Below, piece by piece: positions 52,980-62,052 of a stretch of DNA of 64,000 nt. The notes beneath the pieces were generated by a model, which ran no database searches, was not told where the DNA came from, and worked only from the letters and a program-made list of their open reading frames with translations. The position numbers and the translations under genes are program-made. Source of the stretch: an uncultured Methanoregulaceae archaeon (GTDB lineage: Archaea; Halobacteriota; Methanomicrobia; Methanomicrobiales; Methanospirillaceae); the NCBI GenBank assembly GCA_963841015.1, contig CAWJAX010000002.1, forward strand, positions 352,001-416,000. Reading direction: 5' to 3'. Each line of letters opens with the position of its first letter. Within the stretch, counting starts at the first letter, position 1.

Positions 52980-54359
52980 ATGGACTGGGCAGAAAAATAC
53001 CGTCCCGCACGGCTTGAGGATATCGTCGGTAACACAACCGCAATCCGACAAATTGAGGCGTGGGCGAGGAACTGGACGAATAAATCCAAGCCGCTGCTTA
53101 TCTATGGAAAACCTGGTATTGGCAAGACCTCCAGTGCGTACGCGCTTGCCAGCGATATGGGATGGGACGTTATTGAGCTCAATGCAAGTGACCAGCGGAC
53201 TGCTGCCGTCATTGAGCATATTGCAGGAGTCGGGAGTGTCACTGCAAGTCTCACCGGGTCAGCAAGGAAACTGATTGTGCTCGATGAAGCGGACAATCTT
53301 CAGGGAACTGCGGACCGGGGAGGAGCAAAGGCCATTATTGAATGTATCCGGAAAGCACAGCAACCGATGATCCTGATCGCTAATGATCTCTATGGTCTCT
53401 CACCTGAACTACGGTTCCGCTGCGAACCGGTCCAGTTCAAGGCAATTCCGTCCCGTTCTATCGGACCGCGCCTTAAATATCTCTGCGCTTCAGAAAAGAT
53501 TACCTGCAGCGATGCTGCTATCCGTTCAATTGCAGAGAGTGCCGAAGGGGATATCCGGTCTGCGGTCAACATGCTCTATGCATCAGCTATTGGCAGGGAT
53601 CGGCTTGAAGATGTGCAGGTTCATACCTCCCAGAAAGATGAGCGGGTATCAATCTTCTCGCTGATCACCGCTATCTTCCATACCACACCAGATAACGAGC
53701 TGATGCGTCTCTCGTATGATGTTGATGATACTCCGGAAACAATTGAGCAGTGGGTTGAAGGAAATGTTCATCTGCTGCCCACGCCCTCCGCCGTTGCAGA
53801 GGGGTACCGCCACCTCTCTCGGGCAGATGAATATCTCGGATATACCTATCGGAGGCAATACTATACGCTCTGGCGGTACGCGACAGCGGTTATGCTGCTG
53901 GGTGTTGCTGATGCAGCTGGGGGAAAAGGGATCCATACGCGGATTATGCCCCCTGAACGATGGCAGAAAATGTCAACGGCAAAAAAGCAGAAAGCTATCC
54001 GAATCATTACCCTCAACAAGATTGCCGGAACCATGCACATACCACAGAATACGCTGCGCGAGAACTATCTGGACATAATTTCCCTGTTAGTCGAGAATGA
54101 TCCGGCCACCTGGGTGCATGAACTGATGTTCGATGCCGATCAGCTCAATTTCTTCCTGCATGACAAAGTGCGCTCGCAGGAGATCATAAAATCCCTGCTT
54201 TCAGATGAAAAGGCGGGAAAAGAGCAGGAGAAAAAATCCAAAAAAGAAAAAGTCCAGAAACCGGCCCAGCGGGAGCTGGATGAACCCTGCACCTCACCAG
54301 AACCAGAGGAGAAAAAACTTCCTCCCCGATCTCAGTCAACGCTGTTTGACGGGTTCTGA
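52980..54359 (+). CDS. rfcL: Replication factor C large subunit
   Basis: WAEKYRP, GKPGIGKT, ELNASDQR, LDEAD, GDIRSAVN and C-terminal PIP box QSTLFDGF. Confidence 0.95.
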   Translation: MDWAEKYRPARLEDIVGNTTAIRQIEAWARNWTNKSKPLLIYGKPGIGKTSSAYALASDMGWDVIELNASDQRTAAVIEHIAGVGSVTASLTGSARKLIVLDEADNLQGTADRGGAKAIIECIRKAQQPMILIANDLYGLSPELRFRCEPVQFKAIPSRSIGPRLKYLCASEKITCSDAAIRSIAESAEGDIRSAVNMLYASAIGRDRLEDVQVHTSQKDERVSIFSLITAIFHTTPDNELMRLSYDVDDTPETIEQWVEGNVHLLPTPSAVAEGYRHLSRADEYLGYTYRRQYYTLWRYATAVMLLGVADAAGGKGIHTRIMPPERWQKMSTAKKQKAIRIITLNKIAGTMHIPQNTLRENYLDIISLLVENDPATWVHELMFDADQLNFFLHDKVRSQEIIKSLLSDEKAGKEQEKKSKKEKVQKPAQRELDEPCTSPEPEEKKLPPRSQSTLFDGF

Positions 54360-54755
54360 AGCTTTGAAATAGCGGTGAAGCAGAACACCGCAGTCAATTT
54401 TCTCGCCACCATTCCCATAGCATTCAAAACCCAGGTGATAGACGATAAGATCACAGTTTATTGTTTGGGCTAGCTTGAGCAGTGGGGGGATCATCTCGAT
54501 AGCAGGGCGGATGGCGTAGATGACATCTGCGCCTTTATACAGACAGATATCCGGTGAAAATACATCATCTGTTGTGAAACAAAGCCATTCGGGGACTTCA
54601 CAGTCTTTGACATCGGTACAACGGACACGGGTCTCCGCATTGAAGAGAATGCGTGCTGCCTCCGTGTTTTTCCCGATCCCGACCTCAATAGCGTCTGTAT
54701 AATGTTTCGCAATATATTCCCCGATGCACGTCTCAATATGTTTATAGGAGCCCAT
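54336..54755 (-). CDS. UPF0146 family protein
   Basis: EVGIG, DDVFSP and IYAIRP motifs. Confidence 0.85.
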   Translation of the reverse strand: MGSYKHIETCIGEYIAKHYTDAIEVGIGKNTEAARILFNAETRVRCTDVKDCEVPEWLCFTTDDVFSPDICLYKGADVIYAIRPAIEMIPPLLKLAQTINCDLIVYHLGFECYGNGGEKIDCGVLLHRYFKASEPVKQR

Positions 54756-54772
54756 TTAAACAGAATATAGCG

Positions 54773-55312
54773 ATGCATATCCATATTTTTTGGGATTCCC
54801 AGTCTCCGCCCGGTCTTCAGATACCGGTCACCCGTATGATGTCTTCTATTCTTGGAATGCCGGCAACGGTGTCGGAGAACCATGTACGTATGATGGGATA
54901 TGTTGACGGGCGCAAACAGATCGATGCGTCAGTGCTGTTAGACAGCATCCAGGCGTACAAACACCGCCATGTCATAAAGGATCCCCTCCTTCTGGTTGTT
55001 CACCAGGACCTTTTTAAAAATGGCAATAGTTTTGTATTCGGACTTGCCCGCGAGTCTGTCGGTGCAGCGGTGGTCTCGACTGCCCGGCTCAGCAATGAAT
55101 ATTACGGGAGAGGCGTGAACGATGACGACCTTATTGACCGGATAACAAAAGAAGGAGCACACGAAGTCGGCCACCTGCTTGGTCTTGACCACTGCCACGA
55201 CCGGGAATGCATCATGTTTAAACCGGACACCCTGGATGAACTGGATCGGAAGAAAAAGGTGCTCTGTAAACTATGCAGTGAACGGCTGGAAGGGCATCTC
55301 GATTCATACTGA
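54773..55312 (+). CDS. amzA: Archaemetzincin zinc metalloprotease
   Basis: HEVGHLLGLDHC..CIM, FVFGLA and C-terminal CKLC. Confidence 0.9.
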   Translation: MHIHIFWDSQSPPGLQIPVTRMMSSILGMPATVSENHVRMMGYVDGRKQIDASVLLDSIQAYKHRHVIKDPLLLVVHQDLFKNGNSFVFGLARESVGAAVVSTARLSNEYYGRGVNDDDLIDRITKEGAHEVGHLLGLDHCHDRECIMFKPDTLDELDRKKKVLCKLCSERLEGHLDSY

Positions 55313-55519
55313 CGTGATACAGGATAGATGGATCCGGGACTGTGGCTTCCCCCTGCACCCGACCGAACAGGTACTACATCATCATTACCAAGCGCAGAGC
55401 GATAAGGGGGACGGGCAATAATCTTCCGTCATCATATTATTTCTTCAGATTTCATAATCTTACCAAAAATATTCCCCGGAGCGCTGGTATTCAGGCTAAC
55501 ACTCCTCTCATGAGAGAAT

Positions 55520-56485
55520 TTACAGATCCGGCATCTTCCGGGCAATATACCATGCATGGAATGCCAGGACAAGATAGACTGGGAAGAGCATGCCATAGGA
55601 ACTTACCTCGCCCTGATATTTGAACAGCCATACGGTTAGGGTGATATCAATCTGGAATATCATCACTCCCCACCATTTGCCCAGGTACCCGTATCCCAGG
55701 CCAGGCAGCATGAAATTCAAAAATCCCGCGATCAGGGGATTTTTTTTCAGCCGTGGCCTCCGGCTCAGACCCCGGGGAATATGCAACACTGATATCCCGC
55801 ATTTCGGTGACGCAAGAACGGTCTTCCACCGGACATCAGCATTCTCATCACGAAGTGACTGCATGAGTGCCGGGATCGCTTTTTTATCTCCAATCAAACC
55901 GAGGATTTCAATAGCCTGTATCCTTACGCTGCTGTCCTGGTCCTGCAGAACAAGTGACAATGCGCTTATTGCTGCCGGACCACAATCCTTTACTGCCTGC
56001 CATTCCTGCATTCCCACATGATAAAATGCCTTTTCCTCATCGGTTACCGGGTTCCAGCCAATCTTAGCCAGCGCAGATGCTGCACCGTACCGCACATACT
56101 TGTCCGGATCCCTCAGGGCATTTTTGAGGGGTGACGTTACATCCGGACCGCCGATCTCTCCCAGAGCGATCGCTGTCTCCCACCGCACCTCACTGCTTGG
56201 ATCGTTGAGCAGCTCAATGAGCGGCGGAATCGCCCGCCGATCCCTGATCACTGACAAGGCCTCAATAATGCCCAGCCTGACATCCCGGTCTTTGTCTTTT
56301 AACGCGAGAATCAGCTTGTTTATCCCTTCAGTGCCCAATGTACCGAGTGCCTGAGCTGCGCTGGTCTGCACCTCAAAATCGTTGTAGCGTAAAGTCTGGA
56401 TAAGGGCCGGAATATCTTTTCTGTGCCTGAGTGTCTCAACATCCGGCTTTTTTTGAAAAGGGAATGAAACTATCGTCAAGGGCAC
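55520..56485 (-). CDS. HEAT-repeat (PBS lyase-like) protein with C-terminal TM2-like membrane domain
   Basis: Repeated L.D....VR..AA.ALG; KNPLIAGFLNFMLPGLGYGYLG. Confidence 0.85.
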   Translation of the reverse strand: MPLTIVSFPFQKKPDVETLRHRKDIPALIQTLRYNDFEVQTSAAQALGTLGTEGINKLILALKDKDRDVRLGIIEALSVIRDRRAIPPLIELLNDPSSEVRWETAIALGEIGGPDVTSPLKNALRDPDKYVRYGAASALAKIGWNPVTDEEKAFYHVGMQEWQAVKDCGPAAISALSLVLQDQDSSVRIQAIEILGLIGDKKAIPALMQSLRDENADVRWKTVLASPKCGISVLHIPRGLSRRPRLKKNPLIAGFLNFMLPGLGYGYLGKWWGVMIFQIDITLTVWLFKYQGEVSSYGMLFPVYLVLAFHAWYIARKMPDL

Positions 56486-56486
56486 C

Positions 56487-57449
56487 TCACATATACTCCT
56501 TTCGTTTTGCCAAAAAGAACGTCTGGACTGCGAATAGTGCCGTTACCGGGTACACGATCAGGTAGGGAATGAATGGTCCCATCGCCATCTGGGAGAGTAC
56601 AAGAATACTCATGTAACTCATAAAGACCAGAAATCCCCACCAGTACCCAAGATAGTTATACCCCAGACCGAGAAAAAGGAAATTTAATATCGCTGCTGCC
56701 CATGGATTCTGCCCGGAACGGGAGCGTTTTGATAATCCTCTTGGAAGGTGGGTAAGCGGTACACCACATTTCTTTGATGCAAGGATTGCTTTCCAGCGGA
56801 CGGTGCTGCTGGGATCTTTAAGAACCAGTTCACACGCCCGCTGTGAGGGGGAATCCCCAATCTCTCCCAGAATTTCCACGACCTCTGCCCGTGTTGTGGC
56901 ATTCTGATCCTGGAGAGTTTCAATCAAGGGTCCAGTTGCCCCGGCACCGATCTGCGCTACGTGTTTCCAGTTCTGGAAAGCAATGGAATAGTACGCCCGT
57001 TCAGTATCGGTTTGGGGAACCCAAGCCAACGACTGGAGTGCCTGGGCTGCCCCATATCTTACGTACCGATCCGGGTCCTTTAACGCTCTGACAAGTGGGA
57101 TGATGGCTTCAGGACTTCCAAGGTTGCCAAGTGCCAGGGCGGCAACCCAGCGTATTTCAGCATTCTCATCCTGTTCGAGCAGGGAGATCAGAGATTTACC
57201 TGATCGCTGGTCACGGATAGTCCCGAGCGCTTCTATCGCACCAAGCCGCACGGCTGTTATCCTGTGGTTGAGCGCGGCAATAAGGGGCAGTGTGGCGATG
57301 GACCCCAGAGATCCCAGTGCATCAGCGCTCTGCCACTGGATATCAACATCACGGTGATCAAGCAGGCTTATCAGCCCTTTGATATCCTGTTCAGCTTTCA
57401 GTGCTTCAACGTCTGGTAACCGTAAGCTGAAGAAACCCGGAAATGCCAT
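56487..57449 (-). CDS. HEAT-repeat protein with C-terminal membrane domain (paralog)
   Basis: Same architecture; shares DPD.YVRYGAA and P..AA.LNF...GLGY.YLG.WWG. Confidence 0.85.
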   Translation of the reverse strand: MAFPGFFSLRLPDVEALKAEQDIKGLISLLDHRDVDIQWQSADALGSLGSIATLPLIAALNHRITAVRLGAIEALGTIRDQRSGKSLISLLEQDENAEIRWVAALALGNLGSPEAIIPLVRALKDPDRYVRYGAAQALQSLAWVPQTDTERAYYSIAFQNWKHVAQIGAGATGPLIETLQDQNATTRAEVVEILGEIGDSPSQRACELVLKDPSSTVRWKAILASKKCGVPLTHLPRGLSKRSRSGQNPWAAAILNFLFLGLGYNYLGYWWGFLVFMSYMSILVLSQMAMGPFIPYLIVYPVTALFAVQTFFLAKRKEYM

Positions 57450-57642
57450 ATCTCGCCAAAATTATCTGGTTCTTTAGTATAATTCCAAACCATATATGAA
57501 CATTATGAAGAACACCGCATTCTTCCCTTGCGCTATGGCCGGAAAAAAAGAAGTGCAGTGATTTATTAAGCATACAACGGCTATTCTCATACCAAAAGGT
57601 AGTTCCCTGTCGCATAAAATCACCTCATCAGGATGATCCGGA

Positions 57643-58626
57643 ATGGGACGCTGTTGTGCAATCATCGATCCGATCTGTGCCAATCATGACAATCCGTCAC
57701 ACCCTGAGTCCAACGCCCGTCTTGTAAATGCATGTTCAGGAATTCCCCGGAATATATCGCTGGCTTCGTCCGAACCTGCATTACGCGAAGATGTTGAGCG
57801 TGTTCATGATCCCGGTTATCTTTTCTGGCTTGAGCAGCGGTGTGCCGCAACCAGGAGCCTTGACTGGCTGGATTCTGATACCTATATCACCCCCCGTTCA
57901 TTCGAAGTTGCCCTTCACGCTGCCGGCGCAGCGGTTGCTGCTGTGAAGCGATCCATAGATGGTGAGCATTGTTTTGCCTTTGTGCGCCCTCCAGGCCACC
58001 ACGCTGAGTTTGATCGTGCAATGGGATTTTGCCTGATTAACAATGTGGCGGTCGCTGCAAAAAAAGCCCTGGAACACGTCGATTCCATTGCGATTGTTGA
58101 CTGGGATGCTCATCATGGGAACGGAACGCAGAATAGTTTTTATGGAACTGACCGGGTGCTGTACTGTTCAGTACACCAGGAGCATTTTTTCCCCTATTCC
58201 GGCTCCATTGATGAAACCGGTATCGGAGACGGCAAAGGATATACCATAAATGCACCGCTGCAGGCAGGATCGGCTATTATCGATTACCAGCATGTTTTTT
58301 CTGAGATCTTTGTCCCTGCAATTGAGCGTTTTTCTCCAGATGTTATGATCGTTTCCGCAGGTCAGGATATTCTCTTTGATGACCCGATCGGCAGAATGGA
58401 TATCCGGCCACAGGATTTTGAGCTGCTGACCCGGATGCTTGTCCAAGGGGCAGGGATTCCTCTTGCGCTGGTGCTTGAGGGAGGATATAGTCCGTCGCAT
58501 GGTGCGGCGATCCATCACATATTCGCCGGGCTCAGTTCTGATCGAAAGGTAAAAGCACCCGGGATGCCTTCAGAACGAACGCGGACGATCGTTTCAATGC
58601 TGAAATCAGCACACTGCCTGCCCTGA
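57643..58626 (+). CDS. Histone deacetylase family protein
   Basis: HPESNARL, RPPGHHA, GFCLINN, DWDAHHGNGTQ, SAGQD and LEGGY motifs. Confidence 0.93.
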   Translation: MGRCCAIIDPICANHDNPSHPESNARLVNACSGIPRNISLASSEPALREDVERVHDPGYLFWLEQRCAATRSLDWLDSDTYITPRSFEVALHAAGAAVAAVKRSIDGEHCFAFVRPPGHHAEFDRAMGFCLINNVAVAAKKALEHVDSIAIVDWDAHHGNGTQNSFYGTDRVLYCSVHQEHFFPYSGSIDETGIGDGKGYTINAPLQAGSAIIDYQHVFSEIFVPAIERFSPDVMIVSAGQDILFDDPIGRMDIRPQDFELLTRMLVQGAGIPLALVLEGGYSPSHGAAIHHIFAGLSSDRKVKAPGMPSERTRTIVSMLKSAHCLP

Positions 58627-58630
58627 GATC

Positions 58631-59194
58631 TCATGGCGAGGAAAGGATATCGATCTCCATGGTGCTGATTTTTTCGTATGTTTTTTTCAACTGAATGATG
58701 GGCCAGAGTTGATAGAGAAGCACGGTGACAGGTTCCCACATGGCAACCCAGCCGATAATCAGGAGCGCATCAGCAAAAATCTGGGCAAGTAAATGGTTTT
58801 CCAGAGATGACACAAGCTGCCGGCCAAGCAGGGCGATGGTGAGGAATGTGAGGCCGATGAGGAAGGTACTCCTGCCATATCTGAGGTGCGAACGGTATTT
58901 CCTTTCTGCGACCAGTGTCTTGTACTGGAAATGATTTTGGATTGCACGGGGGATCTTCATAGCCCGCTCAGTCGTGGCAATATCCGGGGGAAGGTAAATG
59001 ACTATCTTGAAGGGAGTCTTTGGCGGGAAGTCCTTGACCGTATCGACAATGTAACGTTCTGCCGCGGAGTCGAGTTCTTTTTCATGGAATGGTGCAGGAT
59101 CGAAAGAATTGAAGAGCTGTGCGACAGAAGAGAGTTTGATCTCGATCAGGATCCTGCCGTTTTCTTTTTTATACAGTGATTCTATATCCCCCAT
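58631..59194 (-). CDS. Conserved membrane protein (2 TM)
   Basis: QLFNSFDPAPFHEKELD and IIGWVAMWEP motifs. Confidence 0.75.
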   Translation of the reverse strand: MGDIESLYKKENGRILIEIKLSSVAQLFNSFDPAPFHEKELDSAAERYIVDTVKDFPPKTPFKIVIYLPPDIATTERAMKIPRAIQNHFQYKTLVAERKYRSHLRYGRSTFLIGLTFLTIALLGRQLVSSLENHLLAQIFADALLIIGWVAMWEPVTVLLYQLWPIIQLKKTYEKISTMEIDILSSP

Positions 59195-59330
59195 ACCGGT
59201 ATTTCCTGAATTGCTATACACCGGCAAAGTCGATAAACCTGCCTTTGGCAGCGTTTAAACCTGTGACAACATGCCTGTAGGTGTGAGGAGTTACGTGTGG
59301 TGTAAGGGTAGATACCAAATCATCTGGGTA

Positions 59331-59714
59331 TTATCGCTGGCTTAACCGGAGATTAATCTCTTCAATAGCTTCAGTAATTATCTCCCGTACACTCTCATTT
59401 TCCATGCGGTACAAACGCCTGAGGGGAGGAATCGCCCGAATATCCCCGATCTGGCCCAGCGCCCAGGCTGCTTTCAGTCTTACCCGGGAATCGTCATCCC
59501 AGAGGGTATCGATGAGTGGATCCACTGCTTCAGGATCCCTCATTCTTCCCAGCGACTCAGCGGCTTTCCAGCGACTGGTTTCGTTATCCTCGGAAAGCAT
59601 ACGGATGAAATATGCCCGGCGCTTCTCCCTACTGGTATCGGATCCCCCGATGTCCTGCCCGGTATCAGTCCTGTCGTTTTCTTTTTCCTGTTCTGGTATT
59701 CCCGTATCTCTCAT
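59331..59714 (-). CDS. HEAT-repeat protein
   Basis: RWKAAESLG and VRLKAAWALGQIGD. Confidence 0.85.
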   Translation of the reverse strand: MRDTGIPEQEKENDRTDTGQDIGGSDTSREKRRAYFIRMLSEDNETSRWKAAESLGRMRDPEAVDPLIDTLWDDDSRVRLKAAWALGQIGDIRAIPPLRRLYRMENESVREIITEAIEEINLRLSQR

Positions 59715-59766
59715 CCCCCCTCACAGATACTCAGGGACCGGGACCAGTAGTGTACCTGATACCGCG

Positions 59767-60162
59767 TTATTCAACGATGACAAGTGAGGATCTCCCGCCT
59801 CCTATCTGCGGGTCCCCATATTCATACCTGCCTTTCTCTACAAACCTATAACTGAAGCTCTGCCCGGAAGAGAGTGGACCGGAATTGAAGAGTTCCGGAT
59901 TAGTAACTTTCGGAAGATGAACAACACGGTGCATCATTGAATCTTCGTTTATCCATGTAACGGTGGTACCCTCTTTGATGCTGATTGTAGAAGGATCAAA
60001 AGCCCTTGCTTTAATAATCACCGTAACTGTCCCGGTGTTCGGGACACTCGTTGTGATCCGGGTGACCATGGACGTCTCTTTGGAGACGGATGGGACAGAG
60101 GTACACCCGCAGATTAATACTAAGGTGATAAATACGATCAGCAGAATTGCATAGTTCTTCAT
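59767..60162 (-). CDS. Cupredoxin/plastocyanin-fold lipoprotein lacking C-terminal Cu ligands
   Basis: Lipobox ICGC; AFDPSTISIKEGTTVTWINED..H and SGPLSSGQSFSYRF..GRYEY. Confidence 0.8.
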   Translation of the reverse strand: MKNYAILLIVFITLVLICGCTSVPSVSKETSMVTRITTSVPNTGTVTVIIKARAFDPSTISIKEGTTVTWINEDSMMHRVVHLPKVTNPELFNSGPLSSGQSFSYRFVEKGRYEYGDPQIGGGRSSLVIVE

Positions 60163-60188
60163 GAAAGAGAGAATGGATGTATACCTGA

Positions 60189-60704
60189 TTATTCTTTTTC
60201 CCTGACGTACAGGATACCCTGTGGTTCCCGGTAATCAGATTTTATCACAATAGTATTTGATATCCGGTTGAACACCCGCAATTTTGTGCCCGGCATGGCA
60301 AGCCACCCGATCAGGCAGTCCAGCGGGAGAAAAAATGCTTTTCCCAGGCTCTCGAGAGCAGCGGTTGGGTAGGTAATTTTCGTTGCATCCCGGTTGACAA
60401 CTTTTAAGTTCATAACCATCTTCCCGATTGACTGACCACGGAAGCCATCCATGACTGTCCAGTAGGCGAAGAAAAATATGGATTCAAAGCCGAGAGCAAA
60501 TACTTCCCAGTGCTGGTAATCCCAGAGAAGAGGCAATTTCCAGAACGGGTCGAAAATACCCCGGATAATATTTAAAAAAAGGATAATGAGGATGATATCA
60601 ATGAGCCATGCCCAGAACCGGGCACTCCACTTGGCAAGATAGATCGTCTTTTCTGGAACCGGTTTTATAAGAGACGGATCATCATTTAGAGTTTCTTCAG
60701 ACAT
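60189..60704 (-). CDS. RDD family membrane protein
   Basis: ARFWAWLID and GQSIGKMVMNLKVV motifs. Confidence 0.88.
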   Translation of the reverse strand: MSEETLNDDPSLIKPVPEKTIYLAKWSARFWAWLIDIILIILFLNIIRGIFDPFWKLPLLWDYQHWEVFALGFESIFFFAYWTVMDGFRGQSIGKMVMNLKVVNRDATKITYPTAALESLGKAFFLPLDCLIGWLAMPGTKLRVFNRISNTIVIKSDYREPQGILYVREKE

Positions 60705-60836
60705 TGTAAAAAAGATATTGGCATCCTTCAGGAATGAAGTTTGCTCCTGCTCCTGGAGAGGGGAGAAGGACGGATTTTCCGGGACCGGTTCAGGTCTTAT
60801 AAAAACGGATAAAAAAAGATGGATTCGCAAACGAGA

Positions 60837-61019
60837 TCAGTCACACCGCAGTTTTCCCGCTTTGCCGATATCTTCCAGCTCGTGTTCTTCGATAAGGATA
60901 GTCACAAGTTCCGGTGTGATTCCCGTGGTTCTGACCAGCGTTTCGGTAAATTCGCGCACAATTCTTCGCTTCTGCTCTCTTAAAAGGCCTTTTCTTGTTT
61001 TGAGGATTACAACGGGCAT
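60837..61019 (-). CDS. 4-oxalocrotonate tautomerase family protein
   Basis: N-terminal Pro (MPVV), EQKRRIV and VTILIEE..IGKAG; GGAG RBS. Confidence 0.85.
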   Translation of the reverse strand: MPVVILKTRKGLLREQKRRIVREFTETLVRTTGITPELVTILIEEHELEDIGKAGKLRCD

Positions 61020-61438
61020 TGTAATAATCTCCTTAGGTCCGGAAGTATTTGTGAAACGAGTATATAGAACACATCTATTCCGGATGACTGTTCGTGGAGA
61101 TCTCTTCAATTATCCAGGTCGTTCAGGTACATATCCGGAATAAATGGTATGGAGAAATCATAAAGGTCGATTAGGAATAAGGTCATCCTTTTTGTGGCTT
61201 CGTTCCTGGTTTCTCTCATAACAGGTGGATATATCCATTCAGCCTATTTTATGAACAACGGTATTTCGGGTATTTCATTTCTGTTTCAAATCTCCTAATT
61301 CACACTCAAAAATTTTTATTTATTTTCTCCATTGACCTATTAAATATGACCTATTCTTTTAATAAATTTGATATATCCTTATAATTCTTTATATTTTCAA
61401 ATAAGAATTATTATATACTATAATGTCAATTAGTAATC

Positions 61439-61765
61439 ATGAATGTAATGGATTACAATAAGTGTATGCATTGCAGCAGATTTGAGAAATTCGCTCATGC
61501 ACCAGGTAGTGACACAAAACTTTATACGGATTGCTGGTTGTGCGAGGATGCAGCACCTTTTGTTGTACCAGAATATCCGACGTTCGAAAAATTCAATAAT
61601 AACTATATATATGGATTATTTGCATTTTTTTTGGGAATAGTGCTATTATATTGCAATAAATTTATGGACCTGTATTCCACCGGCTGGTGGGTTCTTACCG
61701 TAAAAGGATCTGTATTAATGCTATTATGTGGAATCCTGATCTTCTCCGAATTCTCAAAAAGGTAA
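61439..61765 (+). CDS. Small AT-rich hypothetical protein (CxxC..CxxC plus 2 TM)
   Basis: CMHC and CWLC followed by two hydrophobic segments. Confidence 0.55.
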   Translation: MNVMDYNKCMHCSRFEKFAHAPGSDTKLYTDCWLCEDAAPFVVPEYPTFEKFNNNYIYGLFAFFLGIVLLYCNKFMDLYSTGWWVLTVKGSVLMLLCGILIFSEFSKR

Positions 61766-61807
61766 ATAAAAATTAACCGGCAAAATACTTTTTTTTAAAA
61801 AAATTCT

Positions 61808-61960
61808 GACTATGTAGAAATGCTCAATCGCAAGACTAAACGCTCAATGGGGTTTCACCCCAGCCGCTGTGGCTCCCCCAATGCGATAAACCCCGAACGG
61901 GTGCTCCATCATCATCGCTGAGCGCAGGGGCGGTAAGGGAGAACAGACACGCTTCCTGAC
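61808..61960 (+). mobile_element. MITE-like GC-rich repeat (second copy)
   Basis: Starts GACTATGTAGAAATGCT, 15/17 to the IS end GGCTTTGTAGAAATGCT. Shares CGCTCAA, TTTCACCCC.GCCGCTG and ATCGCT.AGCGCAGGGG.GGTA blocks with 15299-15500. Confidence 0.6.
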
Positions 61961-62052
61961 ACCTGCTTCAACGATATCCTGCCCTATATAAGATGAGCTG
62001 GCGTTATCCTTAAATCTTTAAATAGTAACGGCGATGTATTTCACACATCAGC

